Shown here: positions 40,377 to 51,892 of the stretch, piece after piece
Layout: each line of letters begins with the position of its first letter
Numbering within the stretch: the first letter of the stretch is position 1
From: Patescibacteria group bacterium
GTDB taxonomy: Bacteria > Patescibacteriota > Patescibacteriia > Magasanikbacterales > GWA2-37-8
DNA length: 64,000 nt
Reading direction: 5' to 3'
Assembly: GCA_041651015.1 (NCBI GenBank)
Contig: JBAZKA010000001.1
Coordinates: 205,158-269,157, forward strand
Translations under genes and position numbers: made by a program
The notes under the pieces: generated by a model
The model's input: the letters and a program-made list of their open reading frames with translations, nothing else
The model's database searches: none
Told to the model about the DNA's origin: nothing

Positions 40377-40517
40377 CTATTCTACGACTTCTTCAACGTT
40401 CTCATGCTTGCAGCCACATTCACACGTCTCATCGCATTGGCATCCTTCGCCGCCGCAAGAGCATGTTTCATCGCACTTGCATTCCGGTCCGCAGTCACAT
40501 GTTTTTTCTTCAATCAT
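40377..40517 (-). CDS. Metallothionein-like cysteine-rich small protein (46 aa; absent from the ORF track)
   Basis: Translated by hand: MIEEKTCDCGPECKCDETCSCGGEGCQCDETCECGCKHENVEEVVE*. 11 Cys in CxC motifs, no aromatic residues, own promoter. Confidence 0.8.
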   Translation of the reverse strand: MIEEKTCDCGPECKCDETCSCGGEGCQCDETCECGCKHENVEEVVE

Positions 40518-40560
40518 AGAGAAAAATTATGAATAAATCGACTCTTACGGTCGTGGTTAA

Positions 40561-40589
40561 AGTATATCAAATATAAAGACCCGGGACAA
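40561..40589 (-). promoter_or_regulatory. Promoter of the metallothionein-like gene
   Basis: Minus strand TTGTCC-N17-TATACT with TG extension, just downstream of the atp terminator. Confidence 0.6.
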
Positions 40590-40596
40590 GGTAAGT

Positions 40597-40622
40597 AAAA
40601 ACCCCGTTTTCACGGGGTTTTT
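40597..40622 (-). terminator. atp operon terminator
   Basis: AAAAACCCCGT-TTTC-ACGGGGTTTTT directly after the atpC stop. Confidence 0.8.
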
Positions 40623-40627
40623 ATAAA

Positions 40628-41059
40628 TTATTTTATTTCCGGTTTTATCTTCCGGTATTTGTTGCCAACTTTCAAGCGGATCATAGCTCTATCCAAAGTC
40701 GCCTGTAAGGCCGCGTATTCTTGACTGTCCATGGTTCGCTCTTCTTTCATCAGCTTCTCAGCGCGCTGTCTCGCCTCCTCGGCGCGGGCCACGTCAATTT
40801 CCTCGGCGCGCTCGGCCGTGTCAGCCAAAATAATCACGGAATTATCCGGTCTTATTTCCGCGAATCCACCCGTCACCGCGTGCGGATATTCAACATTATT
40901 TTTTTTACAAATCATTTCACCAGGTTTGAGCAAAGTGACGAGCGGAACATGATTGGGCAAGACAGTAATTTCACCATCAGCCGTGTTCAGTGTCACCTGG
41001 TCAATTTCGTCTTGAAAGACGATTTTTTCCGGAGTAATGATTTGAAATTTAAGAGGCAT
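40628..41059 (-). CDS. atpC: ATP synthase F1 epsilon
   Basis: IITPEK, GEITVLPNHVP, GGFAEI, ILADTAE. Confidence 0.95.
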   Translation of the reverse strand: MPLKFQIITPEKIVFQDEIDQVTLNTADGEITVLPNHVPLVTLLKPGEMICKKNNVEYPHAVTGGFAEIRPDNSVIILADTAERAEEIDVARAEEARQRAEKLMKEERTMDSQEYAALQATLDRAMIRLKVGNKYRKIKPEIK

Positions 41060-41060
41060 A

Positions 41061-41199
41061 CCCAGTAGAAGAATTTTGAATTATTCGTAATTTGTCGGTG
41101 AATCAAATTTAATTTGATGTGTATATTTTCGTTTTGCCAATAGAAAATTTTATTTGATTTTGCCCGTTAGGCAAAATCGTTCAAAATTTCTCTACTGGG
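41061..41199. mobile_element. MITE-like element between atpD and atpC
   Basis: TIRs CCCAGTAGAAGAATTTTGAA / TTCAAAATTTCTCTACTGGG (18/20), with ATA on both flanks; internal hairpin GATTTTGCC-CGTTA-GGCAAAATC. Confidence 0.7.
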
Positions 41200-41203
41200 A
41201 TAG

Positions 41204-42580
<1,377 letters not shown>

Positions 42581-42604
42581 TTATTTGATAATATGTTATT
42601 AATA

Positions 42605-43504
42605 TTATAGGGCGGCGGCGCCACTAACAATTTCGGAAATTTCCTGGGTAATGGCCGCTTGTCTGGCTTTGTTGAAATTATAATTCAATTCTTTGATCAT
42701 ATCTTCGGCCGCGTCTGAAGCGTTTCTCATAGCCATCATGCGGGCGCTGTGTTCTGACGCGTCTGATTCCAAAATTGCTTGATAAACTTGCATTTCAATC
42801 AAACGGGGCAGTAATGATTCCAAAACTTTAACAGCTTCGGGTTCAAAAATAAATTCAGCCGCGGAAATCTTTTCTTTTTCCGTTTCTTTTATTCCGGCAT
42901 TGCCCAGCATTTCATCCTTGGAATTATCCAAAGGCAATAATTTTTTCACGCGCGGTATTTGTTTTACTGCGGTAACAAAATCCGTGTAAACCAATTGTAC
43001 TTCATCGTACTTTTTTTCCGCGTATTCCTTGACAATCATATTGGCGAGCGGGGCCACCTCGTCCACCTTCATGGTTAAATCCATTTTTTCAAATTCGGCC
43101 GTCACATTATGGCCAAATTGGGTGTAGATTTTTTTGCCTCGGGTGCCGTTGACAATAATATCCACCTCAACACCGGTTTCTTTGGCTTTTTTTACAAAAT
43201 TATTTGCTTCCACAAGAATACGGCTGTTGAAACCTCCGGCCATACCGCGGTTGGAAGCTACCATAATCAAAACAATTTTTTTGACCGGACGCTTTTCCAA
43301 AAGCGGATGCGAAGACATGCTGGTTTTCTCCGCCACATCAGTCAACATTTGCCAAGCATAAGACGCGTAACTGCGGGTCGCGAGAACTGAGGCGATTGCC
43401 CGGCGCATCTTTACCGCTGAAATCATTTCCATGGCTTTGGTGATTTTTTTCGTTGAGCCAACGGATTTGATTCGGCGCTTAATTGTCTTGGTGTTAATAG
43501 CCAT
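42605..43504 (-). CDS. atpG: ATP synthase F1 gamma
   Basis: KITKAMEM, SEHSARMMAM, RQAAITQEISEI. Confidence 0.95.
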   Translation of the reverse strand: MAINTKTIKRRIKSVGSTKKITKAMEMISAVKMRRAIASVLATRSYASYAWQMLTDVAEKTSMSSHPLLEKRPVKKIVLIMVASNRGMAGGFNSRILVEANNFVKKAKETGVEVDIIVNGTRGKKIYTQFGHNVTAEFEKMDLTMKVDEVAPLANMIVKEYAEKKYDEVQLVYTDFVTAVKQIPRVKKLLPLDNSKDEMLGNAGIKETEKEKISAAEFIFEPEAVKVLESLLPRLIEMQVYQAILESDASEHSARMMAMRNASDAAEDMIKELNYNFNKARQAAITQEISEIVSGAAAL

Positions 43505-43511
43505 AACCTAA

Positions 43512-45002
43512 TTATTTTTTAGCAAAGTCCTCGCAAGCAGAACGTAAATCCTTTTCAACCGCTTCGTCCCAATTCCCGGCCGCGATTTTATCCAATAGAA
43601 CCGTATGGGTGCGAGTCATAAAATCATGAAATTTAAGTTCCCATTCGCGGATTTCTTTCGGGTCAATCGCGTTGGCAAAACCATTGGAAACCGCATAGAT
43701 AACCGCCACCTGGTTGCCGACCGGCATGGGTTCGTATTGCGGTTGCTTGAGGATTTCCACCAAACGTTGGCCCAAAGTAATTTGTTTTAAGGTGTCCGCG
43801 TCCATATCACTGGAAAATTGCGCGAACGCTTCCAATTCACGGAATTGAGCCATGGATAATTTTAATTTGCCCGCGACTTTTTTCATGGGTTTGATCTGCG
43901 CAGCCGCGCCAACGCGTGATACCGAGATACCAACGTTCAAAGCCGGGCGAATACCGCGATAAAACAAATCACTTTCCAAGAAAATCTGACCATCAGTAAT
44001 GGAGATAACATTGGTCGGGATATAGGCGGTCACGTCACCGGATTGGGTCTCAATAATCGGCAAAGCGGTAATTGAACCACCGCCAGATTCTTTATTACGG
44101 CGACAGGCGCGTTCCAATAAACGAGAATGTAAATAGAAGACATCACCCGGATAAGCCTCGCGTCCCGGCGGACGGCGGAGCAAAAGGGAAATTTCGCGAT
44201 AAGCCCAGGCTTGTTTGGACAAATCATCGTAAACGCACAAGACGTCTTTGCCTTGGTCCATGAAATATTCAGCCATGGCCACACCAGCATAAGGCGCAAT
44301 GTACAGAGTAGAAGCCGGATCAGAAGCGCCGGCCAGAACCACGATCGTGTAATCCATGGCGCCGGCTTCTTTTAACTTAGCGACAGTGCGCGCAATTTTT
44401 GATTCTTTTTGACCAATGGCCACATAAACACAAATCATGTCTTTGCCTTTTTGGTTGATAATCGTATCAATGGCCACGGCGGTTTTACCGGTCTGGCGGT
44501 CGCCGATGATGAGTTCGCGTTGACCGCGTCCGATCGGAATCATGGCATCAATCGCTTTAATGCCGGTTTGTACCGGTTGAGTCACGGGTTCGCGGGTCAT
44601 CACGCCCGGAGCAATTTTTTCTACTGGATAAAAGTTTTTCGTTTTAATTTCCACCCCGCCGTCAACCGGTTGTCCAAGCGGGTTGACTACGCGTCCAATC
44701 AGCTCTTCGCCGACCGGAACTGACAAAATACGACCGGTGCGTTTAACCGTGTCCCCTTCTTTTAAATGTTTGTATTCACCAAGTAAAACAGAACCAATGG
44801 TTTCATTTTCCAAGTTAAGAGCCACTCCGAAAGTGCCACCTGGGAATTCCAACATCTCATTAGATTGACAATTAGTCAATCCGGACATACGGGCGATACC
44901 GTCGCCTACTTCAGTGATGAGGCCAACCTCTTCGGTTTCCACATTCTTTTCAAACGAAGCAATATTTTTTTTCAATTCTTCCACTATATTTGCGATAGAC
45001 AT
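43512..45002 (-). CDS. atpA: ATP synthase F1 alpha
   Basis: [31 protein letters not shown]. Confidence 0.97.
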   Translation of the reverse strand: MSIANIVEELKKNIASFEKNVETEEVGLITEVGDGIARMSGLTNCQSNEMLEFPGGTFGVALNLENETIGSVLLGEYKHLKEGDTVKRTGRILSVPVGEELIGRVVNPLGQPVDGGVEIKTKNFYPVEKIAPGVMTREPVTQPVQTGIKAIDAMIPIGRGQRELIIGDRQTGKTAVAIDTIINQKGKDMICVYVAIGQKESKIARTVAKLKEAGAMDYTIVVLAGASDPASTLYIAPYAGVAMAEYFMDQGKDVLCVYDDLSKQAWAYREISLLLRRPPGREAYPGDVFYLHSRLLERACRRNKESGGGSITALPIIETQSGDVTAYIPTNVISITDGQIFLESDLFYRGIRPALNVGISVSRVGAAAQIKPMKKVAGKLKLSMAQFRELEAFAQFSSDMDADTLKQITLGQRLVEILKQPQYEPMPVGNQVAVIYAVSNGFANAIDPKEIREWELKFHDFMTRTHTVLLDKIAAGNWDEAVEKDLRSACEDFAKK

Positions 45003-45007
45003 AAGTT

Positions 45008-45394
45008 TCAAATTAATTGTTGTCTTAATTTTTGTAATTGAGTTTTAACGCTCGCGTCTAAAATATGATCTTTCGTCCGAATAATAATTCCGCCGATAAT
45101 TGTTTTATCAATTGTCTCACGTGATTCCACCTGATCGCCAAATATCTTTTTAATCGCTTCAATTGTTTTATTGTCCAGACTTTTGGCCGAAGTAATTTCT
45201 ATTTCATTGATTCCTTCCGCTTCTTTGGCATGCGTGATCAGTTCTTTGATTATTTGTTTAGCCATCTTTAAATTATGATTTTTAGCCAAAAGCGCCGTAA
45301 AATTATTTAAAATTTTCGGCAATTCATCTTTGCCGGCGTCTTTGGCTGTTTGATACAACGCGACCGCGTATTGTCTGGCGCTATTTTTTCTCAT
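45008..45394 (-). CDS. atpH: ATP synthase delta (short form)
   Basis: [15 protein letters not shown]...DASV; position in operon. Confidence 0.85.
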   Translation of the reverse strand: MRKNSARQYAVALYQTAKDAGKDELPKILNNFTALLAKNHNLKMAKQIIKELITHAKEAEGINEIEITSAKSLDNKTIEAIKKIFGDQVESRETIDKTIIGGIIIRTKDHILDASVKTQLQKLRQQLI

Positions 45395-45959
45395 AATTTA
45401 ATTTATTCAATGCCTCGGCAATCATCTCTTTGTCCTTTTTAGCATCAATTTTTTCACTCAAAATTCTTTCCAACGCGGCCACAACGATACTCGCGGTTTC
45501 TTCTTTTAAACCAATAATCATCTGATCGCGCTCGGCACCAATTTTCTTTTTAGCGGATTCCACCAAAGATTCAATTTCCACTCTGGTCTTCTGGCGAGAT
45601 TGTTCCGCCAGCGTATCAGCTTCATTTTTTGTTCTCTCCATAATCATACTGGCTTCAGCCTTGGCCATATCAATCTTTTCCTGGAAACCAAGCTCGCTTT
45701 GTTTCAGCATATCGTCAATTTTTTTGGAATTGGCGATACTATTATCAATCATTTTTTGCCGTTCTAATAATTTTTTTGTTAAGGGTTTAAGAATCAAAAA
45801 CCACAATACGACAAATACAATCGCGAAGTTAATAAGCTGAAAAATAAACAGTGAGCCGTTGATGCCCATGGATGCCAGCAAACCGGTATCGGCAGGCTCA
45901 GTGGCAATTGATTCGTGGGTTTCTTCACTGCTTGCGTAAGCGTAATCAATGAATGACAT
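45381..45959 (-). CDS. atpF: ATP synthase F0 subunit b
   Basis: FQLINFAI TM followed by a coiled coil. Confidence 0.9.
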   Translation of the reverse strand: MSFIDYAYASSEETHESIATEPADTGLLASMGINGSLFIFQLINFAIVFVVLWFLILKPLTKKLLERQKMIDNSIANSKKIDDMLKQSELGFQEKIDMAKAEASMIMERTKNEADTLAEQSRQKTRVEIESLVESAKKKIGAERDQMIIGLKEETASIVVAALERILSEKIDAKKDKEMIAEALNKLNYEKK

Positions 45960-46016
45960 ATGGTATTATAAATAATTTTAATTGATTGGCCGCCAATAGG
46001 CCGCCAATCTCAAAAA

Positions 46017-46334
<318 letters not shown>

Positions 46335-46342
46335 TTAATTTT

Positions 46343-47119
46343 TTAAACTGCTTCTTCAGTGTGCGGTTTGGTAGTCGCAGTGGTCAAATAAACGAGCGAT
46401 AAAATCGCGAACACACCCGCTTGAATCAAACCAACTAACAATTCCAAAAACATAAACGGCGTCGGCACAAGAAATGAAACCAAACTGCTCATAACGGTAA
46501 TTAAGATTTCACCGGCGAAAATATTTCCAAATAACCGGAAAGACAACGAGAGTACTTTGGCTAATTCAGAAATAATTTCCAATAATCCAACAAATAATTC
46601 AATGAACGCCGTAAGGATTGCGATCGGACCTTTGCGAAAACTTTTTACCAGCGGTTTAATCTGAATGAATTTTCCCACATAAGTGAAAAAACCAACAGCA
46701 ATCATACCCCAAACATGCGATACAATCAAAGTCACCAAGGTCATGGCAAAAACTAAATTCAAATCGGTGTTAGCCGGACGCAAAAGCATCTTCCCGCCAT
46801 AAGTAATACTGCCGGTACCCGGCAATAGTCCAAGCCAATTTGAGAGTAGGATAAAAAAGAAAACAGATCCGACTAATGGTAAAAACTTTAAAGTTTTTTT
46901 GCGATCGCCCGTCACTTGATCAAAAAAACCGAGAATTGATTCTAAAATAAATTCAAACACGTTTTGTAATTTACCCGGACGCAGCGAAATATGTTTTCTA
47001 AAATACAAACCGATAATCAAAAATACAACGATAGCGATCCATGTATTTACAATTGTATTGGTGACCGGCACCGAACCGATGTGAAACAAGACATCGGGGG
47101 CCATTTCCGGAATATGCAT
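46343..47119 (-). CDS. atpB: ATP synthase F0 subunit a
   Basis: SLSFRLFGNIFAGE, LIQAGVF. Confidence 0.95.
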   Translation of the reverse strand: MHIPEMAPDVLFHIGSVPVTNTIVNTWIAIVVFLIIGLYFRKHISLRPGKLQNVFEFILESILGFFDQVTGDRKKTLKFLPLVGSVFFFILLSNWLGLLPGTGSITYGGKMLLRPANTDLNLVFAMTLVTLIVSHVWGMIAVGFFTYVGKFIQIKPLVKSFRKGPIAILTAFIELFVGLLEIISELAKVLSLSFRLFGNIFAGEILITVMSSLVSFLVPTPFMFLELLVGLIQAGVFAILSLVYLTTATTKPHTEEAV

Positions 47120-47121
47120 AA

Positions 47122-47382
47122 TTATTTTTTATCAAGCGCATCAAACTCTTTGCCATATTTTTTCGCCTTTTCCATAATCACTTTAGCGGAAATCACAAAG
47201 GCGTTTACCAGACAAAGAATCAAGAATAACGGGTATTTGTCAAATTTTTCATCAAGATAAGTTCCACCAAACGCCGCTAAAACCGCTGGAATCGCGATCA
47301 ATAAACCCATATCCAGCATAATTCTTATGCCAAAAGCATAATAGGCGTGGTCGTTCTGCGTTTTGTTCGATTTATCCGCCAT
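47122..47382 (-). CDS. AtpZ/AtpI family protein
   Basis: IAIP...GTYLDEKF two-TM pattern; first gene of the atp operon. Confidence 0.75.
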   Translation of the reverse strand: MADKSNKTQNDHAYYAFGIRIMLDMGLLIAIPAVLAAFGGTYLDEKFDKYPLFLILCLVNAFVISAKVIMEKAKKYGKEFDALDKK

Positions 47383-47407
47383 AGGATATGCAATTTAAGA
47401 CGCCAAT

Positions 47408-47436
47408 AGTTTACTAAATTTATCCGATAAAGTCAA
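47408..47436 (-). promoter_or_regulatory. atp operon promoter
   Basis: Minus strand TTGACT-N17-TAAACT. Confidence 0.55.
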
Positions 47437-47510
47437 GGGTATTTTGATTTTTTTGGGGATAAATAGCTCCCCGTACAGAGGCGGGAATGCCAAATTTCCA
47501 ATTTTCAATA

Positions 47511-48356
47511 TCAACTTCGCATTTTGTCAAACAGCTTTAACGCGTTTTGCTCCGTAATTTCGATAAATTCCGCCACGGTAAGGCATTTGATTTTAGCGAT
47601 GTATAAAGCCACTTCCTCCGCCATCCATGGCTCACAGCGTTCACCACGGTACTTTTGCGGGGCGAGGTATGGCGCGTCTGTTTCAACTAGCATTCTGTCT
47701 AACGGGCAATTTTTAACTACTTCAAGCAAATCCTCTTGTGGTTTGGGATTGGTTTTCTTTGGCGGAAAAGTCACTACACCGGTAAAACCCAAATAAAAAC
47801 TCATATCTAAATACTGTTTGGCAAAATTCCAATCTCCGGTATAACAATGAATCACGCCGCGCGGAATTGGGTTTAATGTTTTGAGCAAATCAATCATTTG
47901 CTGGTGCGCGTCACGCACATGAATAACCATCGGCAAATTTAATTCTTGCGCCAATTTGTATTGAGCGACAAATGCCTCGGTTTGAATTTTGATTGCCTCG
48001 TCCGCGGTAATGCCTTCGGGCAAATGATGTAATTCCAAACCACACTCGCCTATTGCGATTGTTTTCTCGTGCTCCGCGAGTTTTTTGTATTTATCATAAT
48101 CAAATTCTTCCTCGCGCGATTTGAATTTCACTTCTTCCTCATCAACCTCGGCGGAAATTAAATGAATTGGATGCAAACCAACGGTCGCGAAAACAAACGG
48201 ATATTTTTCCGCGTACTCAACCGCGCGAACGCTGGTGTCGTATTGCGAACCGACCACGTTCAAAACCATATCCTTATCCGCGCATTTCTTGGCCACAATA
48301 TCTGCGTCATCTTTGTACGCGGTGAATTGAAGGTGGCAGTGGGTGTCAATTAACAT
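47511..48356 (-). CDS. tatD: TatD family hydrolase/DNase
   Basis: IDTHCHL, GLHP, IGECGL, IHVRDA, IHCY, VETDAPYLAP. Confidence 0.93.
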   Translation of the reverse strand: MLIDTHCHLQFTAYKDDADIVAKKCADKDMVLNVVGSQYDTSVRAVEYAEKYPFVFATVGLHPIHLISAEVDEEEVKFKSREEEFDYDKYKKLAEHEKTIAIGECGLELHHLPEGITADEAIKIQTEAFVAQYKLAQELNLPMVIHVRDAHQQMIDLLKTLNPIPRGVIHCYTGDWNFAKQYLDMSFYLGFTGVVTFPPKKTNPKPQEDLLEVVKNCPLDRMLVETDAPYLAPQKYRGERCEPWMAEEVALYIAKIKCLTVAEFIEITEQNALKLFDKMRS

Positions 48357-48359
48357 AAT

Positions 48360-50063
48360 TTATTTGAGCAATCGTCCGCCCCACTCCACGACCGTAAATC
48401 CTTTTCGGGTCGGCGTGGTGATTTTTAGCGGCGAGACATACATAAATTGATCAAGTGGCGTGTAATCCATAAATACACGAATCACTTTATCCGGTTTTGG
48501 TGAAACGGTAAGTGGCGCCAGTTCCTCAAATACTTCTTGCGAAACAAACGTGACATAAACATAAGGCTTGACTTCCAGTTTCGGCTGCCAAAATTCTATA
48601 AAGTCGGTTGATTCTTTTTCATTCAAACCCAAACGCGCGAGCAATGTTTTCATATTACGTCCGACATTTTCGCGTTTCAAAACAAAACCTTTATCCGGTG
48701 TCACGTAATTATATGCTTTGCCTTCCCAAAACAAATACGGATAAGACGCGTCGTCGGACAAATTTGTCAGTTCGCTCTTTGTGGTGGCCCAGACATTCCA
48801 ACCGTTATTATACGCCGGCTCGGTTAATTGAAATCCACCGTTCGGTTCAACTTTGACCGAAACGTTCATGTCTTTGGTCGGATACAAATAGATGACCGGT
48901 TTACCGCATTCGGCGCCTGATTGATATTTATTTTGATAATATTCAATCGCCGTACCAAAACCGTCTATCCAAACAAAGTATGGATGATCGCTTGCATATT
49001 TATCAAATGAAATTTTAGTTGAACTATCAATGTCGGGAAAATATACAATATTGTCAAAATATTTGTTTACCATGTCCGTATCTTTGTATTCATAGATCGT
49101 TTCACCGCTTGACGTTTTCCCAACCTCAATCAAATTCTTTTTATCAATCGTACTGTTTGATGCAATGGTGTTTAATCCGCCACATCCAGGTTCGCTTAAC
49201 CCACCATTAAATGATGACAATGGAATTTTAGTATCGTCATTAAAAATAATCGTCAGTTCTTTCGGTAAAAGTTCCGATCTGTATACGGCCACTCTTCCAT
49301 TTGAAAGAATGCCATAATACGCATACCCGTTACGTTGCGGCCTTTTTAGCACTACATTATTTTTTGAATAAACCGTGACATCACTATCACTAATTTCAAC
49401 TTTACCCGGCATCGCAGTCCATAAATAAGAGGCAACGGCATTTTTATTATCGCCGACAATTTTTTCTGGAAATATGTCGTATGATTCATCTATCAAAATA
49501 AATGAATCATTATAATACCGGTCAACTTTATCGGAAATAAATATATTTGAATAATTTTGACAAGTTGATGTTACATTCAATGTATTATTTTCAGCAATAT
49601 TATATAAACCACCGGTGATAACAATTTGTTTATTATCGTAAGTTATGATGCCATAAACAGAATCCATATCTACAAGGCCAAACTCAACATTAACCGGTTT
49701 ATTTTTGTATAGGAAATCAGAATAATAAATAAACGCTCCATATAAATCAGTACTGGTGCTCATTTTCCAAACGGCATTCTTTAATAGATCGTCCGGCAGG
49801 TCAACCTGTTGAATATTTGCAATTTTTTCCATGCAAGTCTTTACATTCTTTTCGTTTGTTTTCATTTGTTCAGCATTACGAGTCGCTTCTTCTTCACGCC
49901 GGATTGCTTTTTGTGCTATTTTTTCGGAATCCTGTTTGGTATATCGAGCGATATCCTGACTTTGTTCAATCTGATTTTTTACCAAATACAATACGGACGC
50001 GCAAGCCGCGATTGCGGCCACCGTTATAATTATCGCTAACAAATGTTTTTTTACCCACATCAT
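48360..50063 (-). CDS. Membrane-anchored hypothetical protein with C-terminal KPVIYLYP domain
   Basis: N-terminal TM; C-terminal KPVIYLYP...YLFWEG...DFIEFW...VIRVFM...VVEWGG. Confidence 0.75.
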   Translation of the reverse strand: MMWVKKHLLAIIITVAAIAACASVLYLVKNQIEQSQDIARYTKQDSEKIAQKAIRREEEATRNAEQMKTNEKNVKTCMEKIANIQQVDLPDDLLKNAVWKMSTSTDLYGAFIYYSDFLYKNKPVNVEFGLVDMDSVYGIITYDNKQIVITGGLYNIAENNTLNVTSTCQNYSNIFISDKVDRYYNDSFILIDESYDIFPEKIVGDNKNAVASYLWTAMPGKVEISDSDVTVYSKNNVVLKRPQRNGYAYYGILSNGRVAVYRSELLPKELTIIFNDDTKIPLSSFNGGLSEPGCGGLNTIASNSTIDKKNLIEVGKTSSGETIYEYKDTDMVNKYFDNIVYFPDIDSSTKISFDKYASDHPYFVWIDGFGTAIEYYQNKYQSGAECGKPVIYLYPTKDMNVSVKVEPNGGFQLTEPAYNNGWNVWATTKSELTNLSDDASYPYLFWEGKAYNYVTPDKGFVLKRENVGRNMKTLLARLGLNEKESTDFIEFWQPKLEVKPYVYVTFVSQEVFEELAPLTVSPKPDKVIRVFMDYTPLDQFMYVSPLKITTPTRKGFTVVEWGGRLLK

Positions 50064-50064
50064 A

Positions 50065-51891
50065 TTAATTTGTATTAATAATTATTTTATTATCCTCAAA
50101 CTTATAATCCCCCAACCGGCTTTTGGCAATCCAATCACTCAAATATTTCGTTCTTTCGGCATACGGCATTTGCGACACTTGGCTCTTATTTTGTTCCAAG
50201 GCGGTCGGATAAATCGTAATACTATCACGGCGCAAAATTATTCCGATACCCAAACCTTGTTGCGTGGGCGTGGAAAAATACTGGTCAAAAACAAAATTTC
50301 CGAGAGAATAAAATATCGGACGATTTTTGTATATTTCCATTTCTTGTACCACGTGCGCGTGATGTCCGATAATTACATCCGCGCCTGCGTCAACAAGTTC
50401 ATGGCCCAGAGTTTGTTCACGGCTAACGGCAAATTCCTTGTACTCCGGCCCCCAGTGAATGTTTATGACTACAAAGTCAGCGTCATCATTTCCTTTTTTA
50501 ATCAATTCTTTTGTTTTAGGTAAATCAATCGGAGAATTGGTATCGTTTAAACCGATGAACGCGATATTGTAATCCCCCACTTTTTGTATAAGCATTGATT
50601 CATTATCCACGCGATACTGGCTGCCATAAACACCAAAGCCGTATTTTCGCAAATTTACTTTGGATTCTTCAAATCCGGCCGAGCTCATGTCCAAACTGTG
50701 ATTGTTGGCTTGGCTGAACATGCCGAAATTATACTTTTGCAGCATGGACAATAATTTTGGGTCAAACCTGAACGCGATCTCTTTGCTGGTCGCTCGGCGC
50801 GAGTCAGCAAACGGTCCTTCCAAGTTCGCGTGCACCACATCAGTGCCCATAAAAAAACGGTTTTCTTGGCCGGCCAATTTGGTAAAAATATAATCAGTAC
50901 CATATTTATCAATTTGTGTCTTAACGCTTCTATCCAACATTAAATCACCAAAGAATAATATTGAAGAAACACGGTCTTCGTTCTTATCACCAGCGACAAA
51001 AAATGGCGCGTAATAGCTTGTGGTTTCTTCTACTGCCGGATTGTTCATGCGCTTGTCCGAACTACCGGACATTTCATAGGAGATTTTTTGCGTGCCATTT
51101 TTTTCCATGGATTTAAGCAAGGCGTACAAACTCGGCGTGGAATCAATCTCCATGTTTTGAAACCTGTTATATTCAAAATTTTTAATCACGGCGCGATTTA
51201 ATTCGTCATGAAACTCGGCCATGGCCGGATTTTGATAATGTGAAAAATCAATTGAGGCGACAAAGACCGCGTCATCCGGTAAAAGCAGCCAAAGCGTTTG
51301 CAAAAAATTATCAACAGTGGAAGTGGGCGCGGTATAAGGGAAAATTATCGGAACAATTTTTGAATCAGGACAAAATTTAGCAATAAAACTTACTAAAGCG
51401 CCGATAGAGTGTTCATTGGTAAACGCATTGTAATTATCTTTCATTAAATTAGCGCCATATAATTTTTGTAAAATATTTTCTTCAACTTTTACCTTGCCGT
51501 ATGGCGTAGCCCAATCAGCTATGGCCGACACGACCGGCGCACCGCCGACCTGATAATGGTCGGGTCCGAAAACCACAATCACTGACGGCTTTTGTTTGCC
51601 CAAATATTTAAATAAGGTGGCGGGAATATTTCCGCCGACCAAGTGGTGTGGAGTGATCGCGCCTTTTATAATTCCAATATCACCGATATCCTCGGCTTGC
51701 GTAAATAACGCGTCATACAGCTCCGCATTATTGGGAATGGCTGGCAAATCCGGCGCATTAATTATTCTTTCTTCGGTATTATTATTGCCGGGCGAGGCAA
51801 CAACCGCATTAGTTTCTCGCGCATTAAATTTTACCGAGCCGCAGCCCGGTAAAATTAAAAAACAAAAAAATAAAGCGGTTATTCGTTTCAT
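50065..51891 (-). CDS. Lipoprotein: Memo-like domain fused to a CapA (PGA_cap) metallophosphoesterase
   Basis: Lipobox LPGC; PHH, GPDH, EHS, SIDFSH (Memo); GDLMLDR, NLEGP, NNHSLD, IHWG, GHHAH, YSLGNFVFDQ (CapA). Confidence 0.85.
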   Translation of the reverse strand: MKRITALFFCFLILPGCGSVKFNARETNAVVASPGNNNTEERIINAPDLPAIPNNAELYDALFTQAEDIGDIGIIKGAITPHHLVGGNIPATLFKYLGKQKPSVIVVFGPDHYQVGGAPVVSAIADWATPYGKVKVEENILQKLYGANLMKDNYNAFTNEHSIGALVSFIAKFCPDSKIVPIIFPYTAPTSTVDNFLQTLWLLLPDDAVFVASIDFSHYQNPAMAEFHDELNRAVIKNFEYNRFQNMEIDSTPSLYALLKSMEKNGTQKISYEMSGSSDKRMNNPAVEETTSYYAPFFVAGDKNEDRVSSILFFGDLMLDRSVKTQIDKYGTDYIFTKLAGQENRFFMGTDVVHANLEGPFADSRRATSKEIAFRFDPKLLSMLQKYNFGMFSQANNHSLDMSSAGFEESKVNLRKYGFGVYGSQYRVDNESMLIQKVGDYNIAFIGLNDTNSPIDLPKTKELIKKGNDDADFVVINIHWGPEYKEFAVSREQTLGHELVDAGADVIIGHHAHVVQEMEIYKNRPIFYSLGNFVFDQYFSTPTQQGLGIGIILRRDSITIYPTALEQNKSQVSQMPYAERTKYLSDWIAKSRLGDYKFEDNKIIINTN

Positions 51892-51892
51892 G

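Noticed and set aside
40345-40536. 63-aa plus-strand His/Ser-rich ORF in the track
   Set aside because: It is the antisense shadow of the Cys-rich minus-strand gene, which has the promoter and matches local gene orientation.
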